Shown here one piece after another: positions 9,782 through 19,099 of a stretch of DNA of 64,000 nt. The translations under genes and the position numbers were made by a program. The notes beneath the pieces were generated by a model that was not told where the DNA came from, did no database searches, and worked only from the letters and a program-made list of their open reading frames with translations. Source of the stretch: a virus; the IMG/VR virus record IMGVR_UViG_3300045988_179151; one strand, 5' to 3'. Every line of letters begins with the position of its first letter. Position 1 is the first letter of the stretch.

Positions 9782-10038
9782 ACCCTCGACCGAAATGTCG
9801 TTAAACTAGCCTCTTTCGATTCTCTATGGATGTGCCTCGTTGCTTCTTTCTTTAAAATCTTTTCATCGGCGCATTCATAGAGTTTTTTTATAGAAACACT
9901 CCAAAAACAACGTTTGTCAGCAGTTTCAAATTAGTCATAAATTGATGTAAACTTTTAGTGCTTGTTTGTGTTTTTCTTTTGAGATTCATTCGGTTTTATG
10001 ATATACTTGTTATATCAAAATAAACGAAAGGACGTCTT

Positions 10039-11376
10039 ATGCATAAACGCAAGTTTACGGTTTTCACCCAATTACATGAAGAAAACAATGCCGATTTAAT
10101 TGAATATTTTGATGATCGTCGTGAACGTCAGTCCCAAATTATGCGTAAGACGTTCCAAGTTATTAAAAACACGGAAACGTTTGAAAAATCTAAATATAAT
10201 ACGTATCTTCAAAATAAATATGGAATTACATGTCGAATGGCAAATTCTATTATTTCTGATGCTCAAGGTCGATTAAATGCTTTGAAAGAATTAAAGGTTT
10301 TCGAAAAAGCACAAATCGAACAAAAAATTGGACATTTAGAAAAGAAAGTGCTTCCGAAGCTTATTTCAAAACGTGACGATTGCATTGCTCAATTAAAGGT
10401 TAATCCAAAAGGTTCACCCATTCGACTTCGAAATATTCGACGTAAGATTGTCGCTAAAAAGAATAAACTAAATAGACTGAAACAAAAGCTAGATAATGTG
10501 ACCTATCAGATTGAAACAGGACGTTTAAAATTATGTTTCGGAACTAAATATTTATTGAAGCGTGATTATAGACGTTTTGTTGAACAACGAGATAGTCAAA
10601 TGTCTTTCGTTGGTTCAAAGTCAGAACCCGCTCAAAACCAAATGCTTCAATTAAGCTATAATCCGAAAAACAACCAGTTTAACATCAAATTACGAAAAGA
10701 CTTCGATGGTTATAAAAATGCTAATAAAGACGATAAATACATTTACGGACGCGTTTATTTCAGACATCATAAGTCTGAATTGGTTTCAATTTTACGTCAA
10801 GGTTATAGTCCTCTCAGCTACAAGATTATTAAAAAGGGAAATCGTTTTTATCTATATTGTACCTTTGAGATCCATGTCGAAGATGATGAATTCTTGACAC
10901 GCTCGTCTTATGGAACAATTGGGCTTGACTTTAACAAAGGTTTCGTGACGTTGTCAGAAACCAATGAGTATGGTCATCTTCTACGAACGCAAGTCTTACC
11001 TTATCGCTTTAAATCTGGTTCTAAGACAAGAACCGATCTTCAAAAGTTAGTGAATGATGTTGTCGATTTAGCACTTCAAACAGGTAAAGATATTTGTATT
11101 GAAGATTTGAATTTCAAAAAGAAAAAGGCTAAAACCGAATCAAGACAAGGTTGTAAATATAACGAAATGTTACATTCTTTAACCTATCGTCAGTTTAGCC
11201 ATTTTATCGAAGGCATTGCCTTTCGAAATCTAGTTTATGTAAGAAAAGTCAACCCCGCGTGGACGTCTTGGTTGGCGAAAGAACTTTATTGTCCACGAAT
11301 GAAACTCAATGTTCACGTCGGAGCTTCATTCGTTATTGCGAGACGTGGACAAGGTTTTAAAGACGCCTTTAAATGA
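10039..11376 (+). CDS. tnpB: TnpB-like protein (445 aa) with RuvC-I/II motifs, but catalytic Asp replaced in RuvC-III and zinc finger lost (putative nuclease-dead, TldR-like)
   Basis: IGLDFN is the RuvC-I Asp motif; CIEDLNF is the RuvC-II Glu motif. C-terminus NPAWTSWLAKELYCPRMKLNVHVGASFVIARRG aligns to the canonical NPAYTSQ.C..CG...DADVNAAINIARRG with D->H and no CxxC pairs. Confidence 0.6.
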   Translation: MHKRKFTVFTQLHEENNADLIEYFDDRRERQSQIMRKTFQVIKNTETFEKSKYNTYLQNKYGITCRMANSIISDAQGRLNALKELKVFEKAQIEQKIGHLEKKVLPKLISKRDDCIAQLKVNPKGSPIRLRNIRRKIVAKKNKLNRLKQKLDNVTYQIETGRLKLCFGTKYLLKRDYRRFVEQRDSQMSFVGSKSEPAQNQMLQLSYNPKNNQFNIKLRKDFDGYKNANKDDKYIYGRVYFRHHKSELVSILRQGYSPLSYKIIKKGNRFYLYCTFEIHVEDDEFLTRSSYGTIGLDFNKGFVTLSETNEYGHLLRTQVLPYRFKSGSKTRTDLQKLVNDVVDLALQTGKDICIEDLNFKKKKAKTESRQGCKYNEMLHSLTYRQFSHFIEGIAFRNLVYVRKVNPAWTSWLAKELYCPRMKLNVHVGASFVIARRGQGFKDAFK

Positions 11377-11600
11377 GTTCTTTAAACAATCAGCCTTATA
11401 AAGATGTATGAACGCAAGACAGTTTGGCATCTCCCTTTAAGGCCTTGTTCAATTAGAAACTTCAATGACAAATCTTATTGTATGGCATTTGTCGAAATGA
11501 GATGAATTGAAGCGGAATAGGTTAACGGTTAGACCTTGAATTAAAAAATTCTAAAATTGATCTCAAAGGTGACTATTACTTTTTAATACTTTTGAGTAAC
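11377..11600 (+). ncRNA. Putative omega-RNA (reRNA) scaffold of TnpB-like copy 1
   Basis: About 190 nt right after the stop are ~96% identical to the matching region of copy 2. This is more conserved than the proteins (~90%). Ends ...ctaaaattgatc and then diverges. Confidence 0.5.
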
Positions 11601-11801
11601 CGTTCTAAAAACGCTGTCGTTCTCGACCGAGCAATCCTTACGATTGTGAGTTGAAATATCCTTTCTATATTCGGTCTGACGCACTAACTACTCAACTCAG
11701 ACCTAAACACTACAGCGAAACTCGTTGTAGTGCTTTTTTTATGGGCAACGTTCCACGAACGTTGCCGAAATCTATCGAAATATCACTAGAAAGAAGACAC
11801 T

Positions 11802-12269
11802 ATGCAAACACCCATCACAACATCATTAGACCATCTAATTCCTATTCTTTCCGAAGAACATCAACAGTTCATCGATAGTATCGTGCAAAAAATTGAATCG
11901 AATCACGTCACCTACATCCTACCATCACAAGGCTTATCATCGGTACAGATCGCTGAGACCGCATCCCGCACCATTGAACTTGCAACAGACGGGCAAACTT
12001 ATGTAGCAAAACCACACTTGATTGAATCATTTGACGAATTTGATGCCAAAATGGTAGATCCACTCAAACAAAAACTATCAAATTCAAGCATTGTCATCAT
12101 TGAAGCCAACTATAACAACTATTTGGAAGTAATCCCTCAAATGTTTATTCTTGCCGATGAACTTGCAAGTACCGGTGCAAAAATTGTCATTCCCTGTACA
12201 AAAGACGAATTAACCGTTATTAAAGAAGTTGAGCGAGCGGTTCGTTCAATGTTAAAACCTGTAGACTAA
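11802..12269 (+). CDS. Hypothetical protein (155 aa)
   Basis: ORF with upstream RBS region. No motif recognised. Confidence 0.4.
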   Translation: MQTPITTSLDHLIPILSEEHQQFIDSIVQKIESNHVTYILPSQGLSSVQIAETASRTIELATDGQTYVAKPHLIESFDEFDAKMVDPLKQKLSNSSIVIIEANYNNYLEVIPQMFILADELASTGAKIVIPCTKDELTVIKEVERAVRSMLKPVD

Positions 12270-12485
12270 AAACTCAAAAAATAATATAATAGATGTAATA
12301 TCTAAACATAGAAAGAGTTTTCTCAAATGCACCCAAAAACATTTACATCGTTTATTCACAATAAAATTCTAGCTCAGGATCTCAAAGGTTATAAGCCTGC
12401 TATAAAATCATCCGATATGACCGATTATGCAAAAAAAACCTATCGTCAAATCGCAAAATCCTTTAAAAAATCTCGGAAATAGAAA

Positions 12486-14213
12486 GTGAGTAAACACATG
12501 CAAAGACTTGATTTTAATATTTCAGACCAAACCATTCTATCATTTGACGTCGATCATAAAACAAAAACGGCACGTCTTATTGAAACAACAGATGAATTCG
12601 CAGCACGAGTCTTATTGACTCCTGATGAGCGAACCTACAACGGTATTGAACGACGTTTGAACGAATTCCAACAATCAGATAAACCCTTAGTCGAACACTT
12701 GATGGATATTGAAAACGATGGTTTTCACGCGCCAATGCAACAAAACCTAAATATCAACAATAGCGATAACGCTATAAAAGAAACGAAGGCTCCAACAGAT
12801 GCATCTCTCATCGAATTGCCAAGTAATTTCGGAAATACAAATATCAACGGGCTTCAGCAAAAAGATAATATTCAAATTGAAAATGAATCTTATTTTGTAA
12901 AATTGGACTCATTATCGCCAATCGTCAATGGTTCGTGGGATAACAACTTCGATTCACAATATTCATCTGTCTCTGAAGCCATTACATCAATCCTACTCAA
13001 AAACATTAAAAACGCCGATCAACTAAACAGCGTTCTTTACGAATGGCGTGAATTTGACTTAAATGGGAAAAAAGTTACAGGTACGATCTCAAAAAACTTC
13101 TTACAAGAAAACGAAGAAGAACATGTCCTGTCCATTCAAAACAGATCCGATAAATACACACATATTTCTATCAAAGAATATGAAAAAAACATGTATGACG
13201 TCAATTCCGAAACCCGTATCAAGAATCTAATGACGGCTTTTGCATCCGCAAATGTCGATAAAAATGCGAGCCAAAACTTTCTCATACAACAAGCCGCATT
13301 TGATATGTTCATCGGTAACCAAGACCGCGTAAACAATCCGTCAAACTTTGTATTTGCCTACAATACAAAAGACCAAACAACACGATTAGTTAATTTGGAC
13401 TATGGCCGTGCATTACCAATGCTTTGGACTGCTACATCTGAAGCCAATTGCGACATTAAAGAATTATTAGACGAAGACCTTCCAGACTTTGCAGAAGACC
13501 TCAATCGTTCAAATGATTCCATTCTAAGTGGTATGCAAAAAAATCAAGCTATGGATTTTCTACACGACCATGGATTTGAGCCATTTGAAGTTAACATTCA
13601 ACAACTTCATACGGACCTTGACGAGTTGAAAGAGCGAATTCTCGCATCCGACGCGCCTTATAAGAAATTCGCTGAAATGAAGATTGAATCATTTAGAGAA
13701 ATGTTAAATAGTGATTTTTCAAAGAACTTCTATAAAGAAATCACTACCGAAAAACCAGAACCCGTTGTCTTTAAAAAATTCGATGTCGTTTTAGGTTATT
13801 TCCCAACTACCGAAGTTCCTAGTGACAACTACATCTCCCACGAAAGCCAACTTGAAGAAAACAAAACAGAAGGTGAATATCGACCACTTGTTCTATTAGC
13901 TGAGAAAAACGGTAAATACATAGCCGTTCAAGGACGTAGCGCCGAAAACCAACAAGAATGGCCCCACCACTATGCGCTTCAAAATGCAAAAGAAGCTGGA
14001 TTAGTTGAAGAAACCACATTAACTACAAATATCGAACAAATTCTTTACATTGAACCGGAAGCTCTTCAAGAAATGACGCCTCTAGGCCACCTGTCGCAAA
14101 ACGACAAAGAAGCTTTTCTAAAAGAATTCGCAAGAGAAAACCACGTTCAAAAACAAATAGAGCGACATCATGCGTCGCAATCAAAAGAAAAGGATCATGG
14201 ATTAGAACCCTAA
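12486..14213 (+). CDS. HipA-like / PI3-PI4-kinase-like protein kinase domain protein (575 aa)
   Basis: FIGNQDRVNNPSNFVF resembles the catalytic loop (GN.D.H.KN.S in HipA; DRHxxN in PI3K). NLDYG resembles the DFG-like Mg-binding motif. RBS aaagtgagtaaacac before the ATG. Confidence 0.45.
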   Translation: MSKHMQRLDFNISDQTILSFDVDHKTKTARLIETTDEFAARVLLTPDERTYNGIERRLNEFQQSDKPLVEHLMDIENDGFHAPMQQNLNINNSDNAIKETKAPTDASLIELPSNFGNTNINGLQQKDNIQIENESYFVKLDSLSPIVNGSWDNNFDSQYSSVSEAITSILLKNIKNADQLNSVLYEWREFDLNGKKVTGTISKNFLQENEEEHVLSIQNRSDKYTHISIKEYEKNMYDVNSETRIKNLMTAFASANVDKNASQNFLIQQAAFDMFIGNQDRVNNPSNFVFAYNTKDQTTRLVNLDYGRALPMLWTATSEANCDIKELLDEDLPDFAEDLNRSNDSILSGMQKNQAMDFLHDHGFEPFEVNIQQLHTDLDELKERILASDAPYKKFAEMKIESFREMLNSDFSKNFYKEITTEKPEPVVFKKFDVVLGYFPTTEVPSDNYISHESQLEENKTEGEYRPLVLLAEKNGKYIAVQGRSAENQQEWPHHYALQNAKEAGLVEETTLTTNIEQILYIEPEALQEMTPLGHLSQNDKEAFLKEFARENHVQKQIERHHASQSKEKDHGLEP

Positions 14214-14638
14214 TGACTCATAAAAAATATACAAATATCTTCGTTGACATTGAACTATTAAACGGTGATATCGTTAAATACCAAATACCAAATGACCTAC
14301 AAAAACCAATGAAACAAGCCTGGTTCGATAATAGTCTTAGCGAAGTTCTTTTAGACGCGCTCATCAATGTGCCAACATCACCATATAAAAAAGATGGTTC
14401 TGTGAAACTACATCTTGGTAGAATCGTCGCTATTCACTGTTTACACAAAAAGCAACAATTAAGAACGCGAGGTCAGTTCTTAACCAACGATGCATGGCAA
14501 GGAAAACTTGACAAAACACAAATTAAGTTCCTCTTACACGACCACTCGTTTTTGAACAAAGGCCGGATTCGATTTGACCTTTTTCGGTGGCAACGCAGAT
14601 TTTCCTCTAAAACGACGTCTAAGCGCTTAAAAAAATAA
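14213..14638 (+). CDS. Basic hypothetical protein (141 aa), translationally coupled to the kinase (TAATG overlap)
   Basis: ATGA/TAATG stop-start overlap at 14211-14215. Lys/Arg-rich. Confidence 0.4.
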   Translation: MTHKKYTNIFVDIELLNGDIVKYQIPNDLQKPMKQAWFDNSLSEVLLDALINVPTSPYKKDGSVKLHLGRIVAIHCLHKKQQLRTRGQFLTNDAWQGKLDKTQIKFLLHDHSFLNKGRIRFDLFRWQRRFSSKTTSKRLKK

Positions 14639-14781
14639 ATGGATAATTACATTACTCGCAAATAAAAATACAACAGAAGACAAAAGAGAGCCTCTGAGGA
14701 CTCTTTTGAATACAATCATGAACTATTAGCCAATATTTTAGCCTACGTTATGGATACTGACTTCATTCAAATTTTTAAACG

Positions 14782-15723
14782 ATGGAAATCCCTGATTTTA
14801 ATCGGGGGAAATCGTTCCTTTCTTTAAAATTTGTCAATGATTTGACTTTTTTGTGGAAACCGATTGAATTTAAACGTCCTCAAGTAGACTTAGTTCGTAA
14901 TCGCGATTATAGCTTCAAAAATGATATGTTGTCTATGAATACGATTAACGGACGTATTTTCGTTAAAGTTTATGGTCTTCCTGAAAATCATTATTTCGAT
15001 GGTTCGTGGAAACTTGGAATTGGAAAAGTAGTTCGAAGTGGAAAACATTGGTTTTTCCATATTTCCGTAACTAAAGAAGTTCCTGATTTCGAAATGAAAG
15101 ATTTGAAACACGTTGTTGGAATTGATCGTGGATTACGTCAAATCTTAACAACTTATGACGAAAAAGGTCAAACTCGTTTTGTGAATGGTGCGTTTATTTC
15201 GAAAAAACGCAAACATTATGCTAAATTGAGAGCACGTCTTCAAGCTAAAGGAACGAAATCAGCGAAACGTCGTTTACGTTCTTTAAGTGGACGAGAATCC
15301 CGTTGGATGAGTGATGTAAATCATCAGTTATCTAAGACACTCGTTCAAACTTATGGTAAACAAACGTTATTCGTTCTTGAAGATTTAACAGGCGTGACTT
15401 TTGAGACGGTTCATTCTCGTAAAAAAGAGAATCGTTATGAGCATCATTCTTGGTCATTTTATGATTTAGAACAAAAACTTCGGTATAAGGCTCACTTAAA
15501 TGAAAGTGAAGTTGTCTTAGTAGATGCTCATTATACGAGTCAACGTTGTCCTAAATGTGGAACGATTGATAAATCGAATCGTGATAAAGACATTCACCAA
15601 TATACATGTTCTAATTGTGGTTATTCGAGTAATGATGATCGAGTAGGTGCAATGAACATTTATGAACTTGGAAAATGGTTTGTCTCAGGCGTTGAAGAAC
15701 CAGCCTTTTCGATAAATGAATAA
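14782..15723 (+). CDS. tnpB: TnpB (IS605 OrfB family), compact or N-terminally truncated (313 aa), with intact RuvC and zinc finger
   Basis: VVGIDRGLRQ is RuvC-I; FVLEDL is RuvC-II; DAHYTSQRCPKCG...CSNCG...NDDRVGAMNI is the Zn finger plus RuvC-III. An in-frame stop lies 2 codons upstream of the ATG, so no longer N-terminus exists. Confidence 0.7.
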   Translation: MEIPDFNRGKSFLSLKFVNDLTFLWKPIEFKRPQVDLVRNRDYSFKNDMLSMNTINGRIFVKVYGLPENHYFDGSWKLGIGKVVRSGKHWFFHISVTKEVPDFEMKDLKHVVGIDRGLRQILTTYDEKGQTRFVNGAFISKKRKHYAKLRARLQAKGTKSAKRRLRSLSGRESRWMSDVNHQLSKTLVQTYGKQTLFVLEDLTGVTFETVHSRKKENRYEHHSWSFYDLEQKLRYKAHLNESEVVLVDAHYTSQRCPKCGTIDKSNRDKDIHQYTCSNCGYSSNDDRVGAMNIYELGKWFVSGVEEPAFSINE

Positions 15724-15960
15724 ATAGACATGCGTAAACGTATGTCATTGCCGTAGCCCATCAACCTGCGGATTTAGAAATACTTTTCTAAAAAGAAGTC
15801 TCAATTGTTTCGTTTGTTTAAACGAAGTGTGTGGGAGGAAGTTGCTTCTGCTTGACCACATTCAAATTAAGGACAAACCACCTACTTTAGTGGGTGGTAG
15901 TTGATCCCCCTTCAATATGATGGCACAAACACTACCGATGATGAGCTTCGACTTCGCGCA
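15724..15960 (+). ncRNA. Possible omega-RNA-like structured 3' region of TnpB 14782
   Basis: Structured noncoding stretch with hairpins (cgtttgtttaaacg; ccacctactttagtgggtgg) directly after the TnpB stop. By analogy only. Confidence 0.3.
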
Positions 15961-16075
15961 CGATACGACATCATTCACTTGGCCAACCAACTCTTACCAA
16001 AAGAAACACTAGCCGACTATTTTATTCCAAATTTGGATAAATCTAATAATCAATAAACGAAAGGATACAAAACTT

Positions 16076-18505
16076 ATGCGTACTTTACTACTACTCCGCG
16101 GTGCACCAGGCGCCGGAAAATCAACTTGGATTGAAGAAAACAATTTACAAAATTACACTCTTGAGGCGGATAAATTCCGACAACTCACATCAAATCCCGT
16201 TCTTGGATTAAACGGCGATCTCCACATTACGCAAGACAACGACCGACTAGCATGGGATTTACTGTTCCAAGCGCTTGAATCACGCATGCAACGCGGTGAT
16301 TTCACTATCGTTGACGCGACACACTCAAATGAAGCCATGTTCAACAAATATCGAGGGCTCATCGAAAAATATCGATATAAGATTTATTACAAAACTTTTG
16401 ACGTTGATCTCGAAGAACTTGAACGTCGCAATTTAACGCGCCCTGAGCACAAACGTGTTCCTCTTGACGCTGTCCGCCGTGTCAAAGCCTTAGTTGATAA
16501 CACAAAACCAACATCATCAGCAACAGAAATCAACGACATTTCTGAAATCATCAATTACTGGACAGACGATTTAACCAACAAATACGAAAACGTCAAAATC
16601 ATCGGTGACCTCCAAGGTTGTTACTCCGTGCTCAAAGAAGCAATTGGCTCTGAACTAAATCCAAACACCAAATATGTCTTCGCTGGGGATATTCTCGACC
16701 GAGGCATTGAAAACAAAGAAGTCTTAGATTTCATGCTATCCATCTATACAAAGCCAAACGTTGTCTTCGTCGAAGGAAACCACGACACACATTTGCGTAA
16801 TTGGGCAATGGACACATGGCCATTGAAGAAATCAGGTGAACCAAATATTCCTCGTGAATTCAACTTTAAAACTCTTCCTCAATTATTGGATCAAAAGAAA
16901 AAATCAGAATTTACGATTGGAACTCATGAGGTTGATGACGCTATCTATTACACTGTAAATGACAAACTAACAACCATCCCGGTTTGGACGTCCTACGATG
17001 AATCCATTGTCACAGAACCACATCTCAAATACAAAGATGGCACTCTCTGGCTAAAACCATATAAAACATCACGGACCGAAATCGACACCGGAATTCCGGT
17101 TAATCGAATCGATTCCGAACAACTAAAATCAAAAGTTCGACAATTCGTACGTCGATTCCGACTAGCTTACGCTTTTGAATTCCACGATCAAAAATACTTT
17201 GTCAACCATGGTGGTATTTCCGCTCTTCCAAACATGGTCACCATTTCAGGTGAACAACTCATCAAAGGTGTCGGAGCCTATGAATATCAAATCGATGAAG
17301 CTTGGGAACAAAGCTATCTCGCTAATAAAACGCAAGGATTTATCCAAGTGCACGGTCATCGCCACACAGAATCCACTGAACACTCTATCTGTCTTGAAGA
17401 TGATGTTGAATATGGCGGTAATCTCGTCATTCTTGAAATTTCAAAAGACGGTCATGAAGTTAAAAAATTCAAAAATAAAGTTTTCAAAGTACCAACTGAA
17501 GATGACTTTGAACGTGAACGTAAAGCCTGGATCGAAGACACACAAAACCCAATCACAAATAAAATGATCCACGATAAATACATCAAAGTCAAAGACCTTG
17601 ATGATAACCTTATGTCGTTGAACTTCAGCGAAAAAGCTTTCTACAAAAAGAAATGGACGGAAAACACCATTACAGCTCGTGGATTATTCGTCGACAAAAC
17701 GTCAGGTGATATCAAAATCCGTTCCTATAACAAATTCTTCAACCTCAACGAAAATGCAGAAACATCCGTCCGAGAATTGAAAAAGAAAGTCGCCTATCCA
17801 TTGATGGCTTATGAGAAGTATAACGGATTCTTAGGAATTGCCTCATCAGTAAACAGCGTGTTCACATTAGCTTCAAAATCAACAACAAGTGGACCTTTCG
17901 TAGAATACTTCCAAGAAATCTTTAACGATTTGACTGACTCTGAAAAAGAACAACTAAAACAATTATCTGAAAAATATCATTGTTCGTTCACATTTGAAGT
18001 GATGCACATTGATGACCGACATATCATTGACTTTAGTCAAAACAGACTCGTCATCCTAGATGCTATTCCTAATTCGTATAACATTAACGGAATCACTGTT
18101 GATGCCACATTCTCCGAAAACGTTCTCAGTCAATTAAACATTGAATCTGATTTCTTCTCACGCAAAGAACTCGTCAAAGAATTCACCTCAATGGAAGACC
18201 TCATGCGTTACATCAATGAACACAAGCATGACCGTACATCTGAAGGGTTGGTTATTGAGGATCAAAACGGTTATATGTTCAAAGTAAAATATGAATATTA
18301 CACAGAACTTAAACGATTGCGTGGTCTCCGAGACGTGGTGAAAGCGTATTACCATACAAAAAACGTTACGCAATACGCCAAAAATGCCACTCAAGTCGCA
18401 TTCGCGGCTTGGTGTAAACAACAACCGTTTGAAAAATTAAAAGAATGTCACATCATTGACTTATTTAAAGAATACGAAGAACAACTCGGCACGAAAGTGC
18501 TATAA
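16076..18505 (+). CDS. pnkp: Polynucleotide kinase-phosphatase (Pnkp-like RNA repair enzyme): P-loop kinase, calcineurin-like phosphoesterase and ligase-like nucleotidyltransferase domains
   Basis: GAPGAGKST is Walker A. IGDLQGC / AGDILDRG / EGNHD are metallophosphatase motifs (the first His is replaced by Gln). AYEKYNGFLG is a K-x-NG motif-I-like ligase element. 809 aa with the bacterial Pnkp architecture. RBS cgaaaggata. Confidence 0.6.
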   Translation: MRTLLLLRGAPGAGKSTWIEENNLQNYTLEADKFRQLTSNPVLGLNGDLHITQDNDRLAWDLLFQALESRMQRGDFTIVDATHSNEAMFNKYRGLIEKYRYKIYYKTFDVDLEELERRNLTRPEHKRVPLDAVRRVKALVDNTKPTSSATEINDISEIINYWTDDLTNKYENVKIIGDLQGCYSVLKEAIGSELNPNTKYVFAGDILDRGIENKEVLDFMLSIYTKPNVVFVEGNHDTHLRNWAMDTWPLKKSGEPNIPREFNFKTLPQLLDQKKKSEFTIGTHEVDDAIYYTVNDKLTTIPVWTSYDESIVTEPHLKYKDGTLWLKPYKTSRTEIDTGIPVNRIDSEQLKSKVRQFVRRFRLAYAFEFHDQKYFVNHGGISALPNMVTISGEQLIKGVGAYEYQIDEAWEQSYLANKTQGFIQVHGHRHTESTEHSICLEDDVEYGGNLVILEISKDGHEVKKFKNKVFKVPTEDDFERERKAWIEDTQNPITNKMIHDKYIKVKDLDDNLMSLNFSEKAFYKKKWTENTITARGLFVDKTSGDIKIRSYNKFFNLNENAETSVRELKKKVAYPLMAYEKYNGFLGIASSVNSVFTLASKSTTSGPFVEYFQEIFNDLTDSEKEQLKQLSEKYHCSFTFEVMHIDDRHIIDFSQNRLVILDAIPNSYNINGITVDATFSENVLSQLNIESDFFSRKELVKEFTSMEDLMRYINEHKHDRTSEGLVIEDQNGYMFKVKYEYYTELKRLRGLRDVVKAYYHTKNVTQYAKNATQVAFAAWCKQQPFEKLKECHIIDLFKEYEEQLGTKVL

Positions 18506-18518
18506 AAAGGAAGTTAAC

Positions 18519-18767
18519 ATGAAAATCAAACAAACTACCGTCCACCGTATTGACGTGCCCGAACGCTTCCAAACCAACTGGGAGCCTATCGTCCACTCAT
18601 GGATTGACACGCATAATGATGTGTTTCCCGACGACATCATCGAAAACATAGAGCCTCAAATTGAGTATTATACTCGCAACGACGGCGAATCCATGATGGA
18701 GGGCTATATCAACATTACGTTGAGTTACCTAGTAGACGCTACAAAAGCGCACGACTTCCCACATTAG
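18519..18767 (+). CDS. Small hypothetical protein
   Basis: Internal ATG (MKIKQTTVHRID...) with RBS aaaaaggaagttaac. The longer ORF-track start overlaps pnkp. Confidence 0.45.
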   Translation: MKIKQTTVHRIDVPERFQTNWEPIVHSWIDTHNDVFPDDIIENIEPQIEYYTRNDGESMMEGYINITLSYLVDATKAHDFPH

Positions 18768-18778
18768 AAAGAAAAACT

Positions 18779-19045
18779 ATGACTACTAAAAAGACAGAAC
18801 TCACATTTGAAGAATCAATCGATCAAGCCCTCGAGATTCTACAACAATTACGACAAAAAGAAAATAACAACGCAGCATTCATCCTGACAGCCTCACAAGA
18901 TGACCCGACAACCCCATCATCCATTCTTGTGTCATGCGTCGCGACAGGACCTATTACGAATCAACTAAACGGACTCGCGCAATATGTCGCAAGCGATTCA
19001 CGCATTATGCCCGTCTTAGAAAAATTCTATAAATTAACAAAATAG
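18779..19045 (+). CDS. Small hypothetical protein (88 aa)
   Basis: ORF with RBS gaaagaaaaactatg. Followed by a terminator. Confidence 0.45.
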   Translation: MTTKKTELTFEESIDQALEILQQLRQKENNNAAFILTASQDDPTTPSSILVSCVATGPITNQLNGLAQYVASDSRIMPVLEKFYKLTK

Positions 19046-19075
19046 AGTGCTTATTCAAGCACTCTATTTTTCTTT
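19043..19075 (+). terminator. Rho-independent terminator
   Basis: tagagtgctt-attc-aagcactcta followed by tttttcttt. Confidence 0.7.
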
Positions 19076-19099
19076 GTCCCGATTTAGCTTATCTTTTTG

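Larger units (their letters stand above)
9995..11600 (+). mobile_element. IS200/IS605-family TnpB-only element, copy 1 (no TnpA), with a conserved left end and a 3' RNA-like region
   Basis: Left-end sequence (tgatatacttgttatatcaaaataaacgaaaggacg) and the ~190 nt after the stop codon are both conserved with the inverted copy at 22338-23960. Confidence 0.6.

Noticed and set aside
11651-11878. 75-aa ORF downstream of TnpB-like copy 1
   Set aside because: It lies in the region conserved at the nucleotide level with copy 2, where the equivalent frame is not conserved. It is interpreted as part of an RNA or IS end, not a protein.
14640-14781. A longer N-terminus for TnpB 14782-15723 hidden by a frameshift
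   Set aside because: All three frames upstream hit stops within a few codons and encode nothing TnpB-like. The gene is either a compact variant or truly truncated.
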